Below, piece after piece: positions 57,286-64,000 of a DNA stretch of 64,000 nucleotides. The translations under genes were made by a program, and so were the position numbers. Location: assembly GCA_963806035.1 (NCBI GenBank), contig CAWDWO010000031.1, positions 1 through 64,000 on the forward strand. Reading direction: 5' to 3'. Within the stretch, counting starts at the first letter, position 1, and every line of letters begins with the position of its first letter. The stretch comes from Candidatus Krumholzibacteriota bacterium. GTDB taxonomy: Bacteria > Krumholzibacteriota > Krumholzibacteriia > JAJRXK01. Under the pieces are notes generated by a model. It had not been told where the DNA came from. It saw only the letters and a program-made list of their open reading frames with translations, and did not search any database.

Positions 57286-58485
57286 GTGATCACTCGAATT
57301 CTGAAATTTGGTGGCTCATCTCTTGCCGGCGTTGAACTCATTGCAGCCGCCGCGGAGCGCGTCCATCACCTCCTGGAAGGGGGCCTGAGGCCGGTCGTGG
57401 TGGTCTCCGCAGTGTCCGGCACCACCAACCGCCTCCTCTCCACCGCGCGCCGGATCCATCCCGAAGCCCCCGGCAGTGAGCTGGATCGTCTCTTGGCCAC
57501 GGGTGAAATGCAGTCCGCCGCCTTCCTCGCCATCGCCTTGGCCAAGCGAGGCCTGCCCTCGCGCTCTTTCACTGGTCCGGAGGCGGGCGTCATCACCGAC
57601 GACGATTTCGGACGCGCCCGTGTTCTGCGCGTGGACGCGGCCGCGGTCACCGCATCGCTCGAAGCGGGTGAGATCCCGGTGGTGGCCGGGTTCCAGGGCA
57701 GGACCGAGGACGGACGCATCACGACCTTGGGCCGCGGCGGCACCGACATCACGGCCGCCGTGCTCGGGGTGCATTTCAAGGCCGAACGCATCGTCTACTA
57801 TCGAGACGCGGACGGAATCTACGGCGTCGACCCCAAAATGCTCGCGGTGCGCGGTCGAAGAATCGATCGCCTGGACTACGAGCACATGATCGACCTGGCC
57901 GAGGCGGGCGTCCCGATCCTGCATCCCCAAGCTCTGGAGATCGCAAAGGCACACGGGCTCGAACTGGAGCTGCGCAGCTTCCGGGAAAGCGGTGGAGGCA
58001 CCCTGGTCACCGAGGGTCCCATCCCCTCGCCACATCCGGTGTGGAGCCTCTGCCTCTCCCCTCCCATCTGCCTGCTGACCCTGGAAGGACTCCCCCAGGA
58101 CACAGGGACCCTCTCCAGACTCGCTGCGCTCCTGGACCGCACCGATCTTCCCCTGGACGCGGCACTCTACCGCGGACCGGACGAGTTGTGCATGAGCATC
58201 CAGGTTCCCGAGATGGACGGTGAGACCCTCTCAGCGCAACTGGGAGACTTCTTGCGCGAGGAGAGCTCGGTCACCATCGGACTCGAGCGCAACCGCAGGC
58301 GCGTGACGATGGTGGGACACGGTGTCTCCGGGCGAAAGGCCAGCACCGCGGTCGAACAGACCGGGGAGCAGTTGGGACCGCCTCTCTTCACCTTTCACGG
58401 GCCGCATCACCGGGCTTTCGTGGTGCCCGAGTCGGAAGCTTCGGCCTGGCTCGCGAGTCTTCACCAGCTGCTTTTGAAGCACTGA
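57286..58485 (+). CDS. aspartate kinase-like protein
   Basis: KFGGSS, VVVSA, VAGFQG, TTLGRGGTD; divergent ACT-like C-terminus; start approximate. Confidence 0.85.
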   Translation: MITRILKFGGSSLAGVELIAAAAERVHHLLEGGLRPVVVVSAVSGTTNRLLSTARRIHPEAPGSELDRLLATGEMQSAAFLAIALAKRGLPSRSFTGPEAGVITDDDFGRARVLRVDAAAVTASLEAGEIPVVAGFQGRTEDGRITTLGRGGTDITAAVLGVHFKAERIVYYRDADGIYGVDPKMLAVRGRRIDRLDYEHMIDLAEAGVPILHPQALEIAKAHGLELELRSFRESGGGTLVTEGPIPSPHPVWSLCLSPPICLLTLEGLPQDTGTLSRLAALLDRTDLPLDAALYRGPDELCMSIQVPEMDGETLSAQLGDFLREESSVTIGLERNRRRVTMVGHGVSGRKASTAVEQTGEQLGPPLFTFHGPHHRAFVVPESEASAWLASLHQLLLKH

Positions 58486-58494
58486 GGGGCGGCC

Positions 58495-59469
58495 TCAGGC
58501 AATCCACGACCACAAGCTCTCGTGGGAAAGTCGATCGTCGTCATCCAGCCGGCGCACCGCAACAACGGATTGCATGAGTTCATCCAGCTGATCGAAGTTC
58601 TGCTCCTGGACCCTTCCGCGCGCGTGCAGGATCGCGCCCTTGCCCGCGTAGAACGCCACATGGTCCACCGGCTCGTGGAAGAAAACGAGATCCCCCGGCT
58701 GCCACGCATCCACTCGCAGCGAGACGGCCTTCCCGCTGCGCGCCTGTTGCGCCGCATCACGGGGCAGAGAGTACCCGCATGCGTGCGCGACGATTTGCAC
58801 GTAGCCGCTGCAGTCCACGCCCAGAGCGCTCCGCCCTCCCCAGCGGTAGGGCGTGCCCAAGTACTGGCGCGCTTCGGGCAGCAAGCGCGAGATCTGGGCC
58901 GCGAGCGGCTCGACGCGAATCGACTCGCGCCTTAGCTTCCCCCGGGTACCGTCCACCAGTTCCACTGAGAGCTCGTGAGCATCCGAGGAGGCGTCCTTTA
59001 GCTCGAGGAGTGGCGTACCGCCGGCGAGAGCCAGAGGATGTCCCTGGGCCGTGCTCAGGCTCGCCAGTGGGGGCTGAACGAGTCCCTTTCGCCGCAGGAT
59101 CAATTCGTCCCTTTCCGCACGAAGCAGTTCGCGGCATGACCAGGATCGAAGCCAGGCGACGTACCCGTCCTCCGAAGCGACCAGGAGCCAGTCTCCGCGC
59201 GTCTGGATTCGCAGCAGAATTTCGCCCATCCGCGCCTCGCTCAGAACTTGTGCGTGGTGCGAGGGTGCGTCCCTCAGCGCTTCGAGCGGGGATTCGACGA
59301 GGACTTCGCCCTCGGCGAGGATGGGAGAAACCCCGGCCAAGTCGGCCGCAAACGCGGGCCAGGCGCAAGGCTTCCCCCGTGCATCGAAGCCCAAATACGC
59401 ATTGCGCCAATCCACCGCGAGGGCCGTCATCTTCTCGCGGACAGAGTAGGCGAGGCTGGGATCGATCAC
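58495..59469 (-). CDS. NlpC/P60 (C40) peptidase with SH3-like domains (YkfC-like)
   Basis: GTPYRWGG, DCSG, LPRDA-QQ, GDLVFF, HV, HA; no signal peptide. Confidence 0.9.
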   Translation of the reverse strand: MIDPSLAYSVREKMTALAVDWRNAYLGFDARGKPCAWPAFAADLAGVSPILAEGEVLVESPLEALRDAPSHHAQVLSEARMGEILLRIQTRGDWLLVASEDGYVAWLRSWSCRELLRAERDELILRRKGLVQPPLASLSTAQGHPLALAGGTPLLELKDASSDAHELSVELVDGTRGKLRRESIRVEPLAAQISRLLPEARQYLGTPYRWGGRSALGVDCSGYVQIVAHACGYSLPRDAAQQARSGKAVSLRVDAWQPGDLVFFHEPVDHVAFYAGKGAILHARGRVQEQNFDQLDELMQSVVAVRRLDDDDRLSHESLWSWIA

Positions 59470-59482
59470 GGCAGCCGCCCCC

Positions 59483-60811
59483 TCAGTCCTTTTCCCGCCA
59501 AACCAAAGTCCAGTGACCCAAACCGTCGTCGTCGCGGAAGTAGTAGGTTTCGCCTCGGGCGAGATAGTGCCACAGTTCGTATTCCGCGTTGCTGCTCTGC
59601 AACATCGTCTGGCTCTCGATGCTGTCCGGAGGACCCAGTCTCACGTAGACGCGCCCACGGTCGCTGATGGCGCCATCCGAGCTTCCGTCGCGGAAATTCT
59701 CGCGGGCGTAACTGACGCGCTCGTAATGCTCCTTCAGACGGGGATTGCCGGGTGACTCGGGGTCCGGATCGCGACGCTGCCAAAACGCCCTCCAGGCCTC
59801 GCGCCGATCTGGTGCGGGCGTTTGACGCAAGCTCTCCAATTCCGCGTCGCTGGCGATTCCCTCGATGACCCGCAAATTGGATTCCCACTGCTTGTCCGAG
59901 CTGGTGTCCAGGCCGAAATTCTGGAATTCGAGCTTCCTATCGTCCCCTCCGACCAACACCACCTTCAACTGATTCTTCCCCTGCGTGCAGGCCCCAGGGG
60001 GCAAGCGCAAAAGAACCGAGTGCTCCTTCATTTGGCTCGCGATCCGAACCCGCCGGGACCAGCGTATCCTGCCGTTGCCGTGATCATCCCGGATCTCGAA
60101 AGCCAGGCTCAGCGAATCTCGGTCACTCGCCGAGCGGAAGTCATAGATTTGCACCAGAACGTAGGGATCGCCCGAGGAGAGATCGAAGAGAGGATAGTTG
60201 GAACGGGCGAAACCCTTGGCGAGCTGTCCCGATTGCAACGAGATCAGATTGGTGTCGGTTTCCGCGAAGCTCGCGGGATCGCGGGGATGGTAGAGCGCGA
60301 CGTCCCCCAGCGCGATCCCTCCGGGCGGAAGATGGGGGCGCCCGAGTGTGAATTCACGCTTCCCCCAGCGGCGCGAGCCCTCCAGGTCCATCCGCACGTT
60401 CACGAGGACCTTTTTGGCTGGACTCGGCGCCAGCGGGAACTCCAACTCTCGCTTGAGAACCGTGGAGGCCCGCGTCTGATCGTAGTCCTCCACGAAGACT
60501 TCCCCATCCCACTCCTGCGAGCGCAGAGCCTTTTTCGATTCGTCGCGCTGCACCACTCGCAGGTGATAGCCCGCGCGGAATCTGCCGTCGTCCTGCTTCA
60601 GGAAAATGAGATTGCGGTAGGGCACCGAGATCGTCACCACCGCTTCGGGGCGCCCGGTGTCGTCGAAGCCGGCCTTGACCTCGCTGTCGTACCAACCGTG
60701 CGGTCCGCCACCCCAGTCGCCATCCGCGAATTTACGCTGGGCGTGGGCACAGGAAGTGCCGAGCACGAGGAGAGCAATCATTGCCAGGAGAGTCGGCGTA
60801 GGGTGCCGCAT
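59483..60811 (-). CDS. GWxTD domain-containing exported protein
   Basis: Signal peptide; FWQRRDPDP, EHYERV-YA, DRGRVYVRLGPPD, ELWHY; start set at ATG 60811. Confidence 0.85.
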   Translation of the reverse strand: MRHPTPTLLAMIALLVLGTSCAHAQRKFADGDWGGGPHGWYDSEVKAGFDDTGRPEAVVTISVPYRNLIFLKQDDGRFRAGYHLRVVQRDESKKALRSQEWDGEVFVEDYDQTRASTVLKRELEFPLAPSPAKKVLVNVRMDLEGSRRWGKREFTLGRPHLPPGGIALGDVALYHPRDPASFAETDTNLISLQSGQLAKGFARSNYPLFDLSSGDPYVLVQIYDFRSASDRDSLSLAFEIRDDHGNGRIRWSRRVRIASQMKEHSVLLRLPPGACTQGKNQLKVVLVGGDDRKLEFQNFGLDTSSDKQWESNLRVIEGIASDAELESLRQTPAPDRREAWRAFWQRRDPDPESPGNPRLKEHYERVSYARENFRDGSSDGAISDRGRVYVRLGPPDSIESQTMLQSSNAEYELWHYLARGETYYFRDDDGLGHWTLVWREKD

Positions 60812-60815
60812 GAAC

Positions 60816-61502
60816 TCAGGGAGACGCCACGGCAAGATCCGATTCGATCGCCCCATCGCGCAGACGCACGATACGTTTGGCGTGCGCAGCGATCTCTTCC
60901 TCGTGCGTGACGATGATGACGGTGTGTCCCCGCGCGTGTAGCGCATCCAAGATCTCCATGATCTCGTCACTGGTTCTGGAGTCCAGGTTACCAGTGGGTT
61001 CGTCGGCCAAGAGAATGGAAGGCTGGTTGACGAGAGCTCGAGCGATGGCCACTCGTTGATTTTGTCCTCCCGACAACTCGTTGGGACGATGATGAATCCG
61101 TTCCTGAAGACCCACGGCCTGAAGCGCTTCTCGCGCCCGGCGCTCCCGCTCGGCCGCGCTCTTCCCGGCATAGATCAGCGGAAGTTCGACGTTCTGCGCC
61201 GCGGTCGACCTCGGGAGCAGATTGAAGGTCTGAAACACGAAACCGATCTCCCGGTTCCGGATGGCCGCCAATTCATCGTCATCCAGCCGATCGACCTGCG
61301 ACCCTTTCAGACGGTACGATCCACTGGTAGGGGTGTCAAGACAGCCCAGAATGTTCATGAGGGTGGACTTGCCCGAGCCCGATGCCCCCATGATCGCCAG
61401 GTACTCTCCCTCCTCTATGGAGAGAGTGATTCCACGCAGAGCGTGAACCCGGTGGACGCCGAGCTGGTAGATCTTGTGTACGTCCTCGATCTGAATCAGC
61501 AA
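60816..61502 (-). CDS. ABC transporter ATP-binding protein (MacB/LolD-like)
   Basis: [31 protein letters not shown]. Confidence 0.95.
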   Translation of the reverse strand: MLIQIEDVHKIYQLGVHRVHALRGITLSIEEGEYLAIMGASGSGKSTLMNILGCLDTPTSGSYRLKGSQVDRLDDDELAAIRNREIGFVFQTFNLLPRSTAAQNVELPLIYAGKSAAERERRAREALQAVGLQERIHHRPNELSGGQNQRVAIARALVNQPSILLADEPTGNLDSRTSDEIMEILDALHARGHTVIIVTHEEEIAAHAKRIVRLRDGAIESDLAVASP

Positions 61503-61519
61503 GTCGACGCTCCCGCCTC

Positions 61520-63010
61520 TCAGCGGCCGGTGGCTCGGTCGATCTTCGCACGCGCGATGAAAAAGTCGGCGACGGCATTCACCGCGTCGCCCCTCGCCTG
61601 GGCCAAGCTCTGCTGGGCATTGATCACGTCCAGGCTGGTTCCGGCTCCCACCTTGAAGCGTTCGGAGGCGAGCCTCAGGTCTTCCTCAGCCTGATCGATC
61701 GTCTCGCTGGCCACCTGGAAACTCTCCTTGGCTTCGATGAGGTTGTTCAAGTAGCCGCTCAATTCGCTCTCCATCGTCAGCTCGGATTGACGCAGATTGT
61801 ACTCGGCGCGGCGCTTTTGGGCCAGAGCCTGGCGGGAGCGATTTTTCGTCTGGAAGCGGTCGAAGAGATTCCAATTCATCCGCGCCCCCCAGCTGTACTG
61901 GCGGTTTTTCTGCGCACCGAAGCGATAGGGGGTTTCACTCTGGCTCAAAGATGCCTGCCCAAAAATGGAGAGCTGGGGCCAGTAACCAGCATGCGCCTGG
62001 GTGATGGCGTACCCACTCGCCTGCAGATTCTCGCTCGCGGACTTCAAATCGAGCCGGTCCTGACGCGCCTCCTGCACGAGCTCAGAGAGCTTGGGCAGCT
62101 CGATCGAGGAGATGTCCTTGGGCAGGTCTGAAGCCAATTCGAAGCGCTGCGCACCCGGTATGTTCATGAAGTGGGTCAAGAGCACGAAGGATTGGCGTTC
62201 CGAGTTGCGCGCGCGCACGACATCGAGCTGCGTCTGCTTGTAGCGCACCTGTGCCTGCAGGACGTCGCTCTTGGTGGCGATACCCACGTCGAAGTAGGTC
62301 TTGCTGCGATCGAGTTCCTGCTTGGCGACATCCTGCGTTTCCTTGGCCACCTCGACCTGCTTCTGCGCGCGCAGAACGTTGAAGAACGCCTCGCTCACAT
62401 CCTGCACGAGGACCGACTCCTGGTAGCCCAAGTCGGCCTCGGCGGCGCGGACCGCCGCCTGACTCTGCTTGATGGAGGCTATTCGTGAAAAGCCGTCGAA
62501 CACGGTCCAGTTGGTGGAGAGACTGGCGGATTTGAAGGTCTGCAAGATGGTCTGATCCGAGGTGGTTCCCGAGGGTACCGAGCTTGCCGTATAGGCGTCC
62601 GTGCCGTTGACCTGGAGCGGGCCGAGAGGATTCCCGTTCTGATCCACGAAGTAGATCGGCTGGAAGACGGTACTGTACTCCGTCACATCGAAGTCCGTGC
62701 GCTGGGCGCGGTTCCAGCTGGCGGAAGCGGAGAGATCCGGCAACCACTGCGCCTTGGCCGCGGTCCGATCGCTTTTCGCCGCAGCCAGGTTTTCCTCGTA
62801 CACTCCCAGTGCGGTCGAGCCCACCTTGGCAACCTTCAGGCACTCCTGGAGAGTCACTGGGCTTCCGTCGTAGAGCCCCTTGATCGACTCCTGCAATTGC
62901 TGAAGTTTGACCTCGAGCTGGGCATGGCAGGGGCTGGAAACCGCCGCCAAGAAAAGCAAGCACATTGGCACTGCGAAGGATACGGTCCGTGCGAAGGACA
63001 ATCTCTTCAT
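61520..63010 (-). CDS. TolC-family outer membrane efflux protein
   Basis: Signal peptide, two OEP repeats ([24 protein letters not shown]); AAGGAG RBS before ATG 63010. Confidence 0.92.
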   Translation of the reverse strand: MKRLSFARTVSFAVPMCLLFLAAVSSPCHAQLEVKLQQLQESIKGLYDGSPVTLQECLKVAKVGSTALGVYEENLAAAKSDRTAAKAQWLPDLSASASWNRAQRTDFDVTEYSTVFQPIYFVDQNGNPLGPLQVNGTDAYTASSVPSGTTSDQTILQTFKSASLSTNWTVFDGFSRIASIKQSQAAVRAAEADLGYQESVLVQDVSEAFFNVLRAQKQVEVAKETQDVAKQELDRSKTYFDVGIATKSDVLQAQVRYKQTQLDVVRARNSERQSFVLLTHFMNIPGAQRFELASDLPKDISSIELPKLSELVQEARQDRLDLKSASENLQASGYAITQAHAGYWPQLSIFGQASLSQSETPYRFGAQKNRQYSWGARMNWNLFDRFQTKNRSRQALAQKRRAEYNLRQSELTMESELSGYLNNLIEAKESFQVASETIDQAEEDLRLASERFKVGAGTSLDVINAQQSLAQARGDAVNAVADFFIARAKIDRATGR

Positions 63011-63146
63011 GAAACGACACTCCTTAGGGAGACACAGTGGAGATACTACCACCAGGATGAAGACTGGCCATCATGAAGTCCACTGGCAAGCCCTCGGCGA
63101 AGGACGCAAGCGGAAACTGGTCGCCGACGATCTTGGAACATACGAA

Positions 63147-63180
63147 TCGGCACCCCCCCAACCATACGGGAGAGTGCCGA
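63147..63180 (-). terminator. hairpin, probable terminator after tonB
   Basis: TCGGCACTCTCC/GGGGGGTGCCGA stem with G-U pairs on the minus strand; weak U tail. Confidence 0.5.
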
Positions 63181-63211
63181 GCAAGTTGCAGCCAAGATCT
63201 CGCGACGACTG

Positions 63212-63886
63212 CTAGTAGAGCTTGAATCGGTACGGGAGAGTCACCCAGACTTCCACCGCGAAGTCTCTTTGCTTTCCCGGCTTGAAAATGCAGCGGAGAG
63301 CCGCCTTGAGGGCCTCGGCGTCCAGGATCGGGTGGACGCTCTTGACCACCTCGGCCTGCTTCGCCCGCCCGTCGGTGCCCACGAGAACGTTGACCATGAC
63401 GGTGCCCTGCAACTCCATGTCGCGCGCAGTCTCCGGGTACTTGGGCGGCACCCATTTCACGATCTCGGGCTTGGTGTCGAAGGCCACGAAAGTATTACCG
63501 CCGGCGTTGGCCGAACCGCCCCCGCTGGGCAAGGGAACGTTGTTCCAGTCATCCGGCAGAGTCTCGGCCAGATCGACTTCCTCGTTCACTTCCGCGTCCG
63601 GGGCGGCCTCGATCGGCACCTGCGGACGGGGGATTTCCTTGGGCGGAGGCGGGATGTCGATGGCGTCGGGGATGTCGAGAACCTCGATCTTTTCCTCACG
63701 AAGATGATATGGAGTCGGCTTGTACACCGGAGAAAAGAGGAAGATGAGCAGCCAGATCAGAAGCGAGGCGTAGGTCGAACGACGCAAGTAGACGCCGTAA
63801 CGGGCTTTGAAGCGTTGGTTCTCGTTGATGAATACGGCTTCGCCGAACTCAAGCTGCGAGTGGTCTCTCACGTGTGCGTGCGCCAT
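63212..63886 (-). CDS. tonB: energy transducer TonB
   Basis: TM, Pro-rich linker, YPETAR-LQGTV, FKPGKQ. Confidence 0.92.
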   Translation of the reverse strand: MAHAHVRDHSQLEFGEAVFINENQRFKARYGVYLRRSTYASLLIWLLIFLFSPVYKPTPYHLREEKIEVLDIPDAIDIPPPPKEIPRPQVPIEAAPDAEVNEEVDLAETLPDDWNNVPLPSGGGSANAGGNTFVAFDTKPEIVKWVPPKYPETARDMELQGTVMVNVLVGTDGRAKQAEVVKSVHPILDAEALKAALRCIFKPGKQRDFAVEVWVTLPYRFKLY

Positions 63887-63894
63887 GACTGCCT

Positions 63895-64000
63895 CTAGTA
63901 CTTCGGACCGGGCGTGGACTCGAACTTGTCGTTGAAGCTCACTCGAACCGCATTGGCTTCCTTGAGCTTCTCCATCACATCATCCATGACCTTGTACTTG
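63895..64000 (-). CDS. exbD: ExbD/TolR-family protein, C-terminal fragment
   Basis: Translates KYKVMDDVMEKLKEANAVRVSF...stop directly upstream of tonB. Confidence 0.75.
   Translation of the reverse strand, partial: KYKVMDDVMEKLKEANAVRVSFNDKFESTPGPKY

Overview
GC-rich bacterial core-genome window, mostly housekeeping genes on the minus strand. It opens with the 5' end of a 16S rRNA gene and its tandem promoters. It then carries tyrS, a class A PBP, cdd-deoC-pdp, rarA-pfkA, a divergent ychF and leuS. Next come ffh-rpsP-khpA-rimM-trmD-rplS-rnhB-yraN, def-fmt-rsmB-PASTA-rpe, yebC-ruvCAB-queA-tgt-yajC and an EF-G2-like gene. The last third holds pgk-tpiA-secG-tRNA-Leu(GAG), radC-mreBCD-mrdA-rodA-aroE-comF and an exbD-tonB-tolC-ABC-GWxTD-NlpC/P60 run. 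Secreted-protein C-termini (PNPFNP FlgD-like domain, SWGAVKAQF tail) suggest an FCB-group candidate lineage such as Krumholzibacteriota/Eisenbacteria/Latescibacterota; this is inference. No mobile element or CRISPR array was seen. The most unusual item is an intact 2048-aa ORF downstream of leuS that by eye fuses DinG-like, RecQ-like and UvrD-like helicase modules, all with eroded catalytic motifs. Also notable are a DeoC with a microcompartment encapsulation-peptide-like N-terminus, a histone H1-like protein of 16 RKKKTT[AG] repeats and a candidate structured RNA near 11.7 kb. All calls come from manual motif reading, not database searches.
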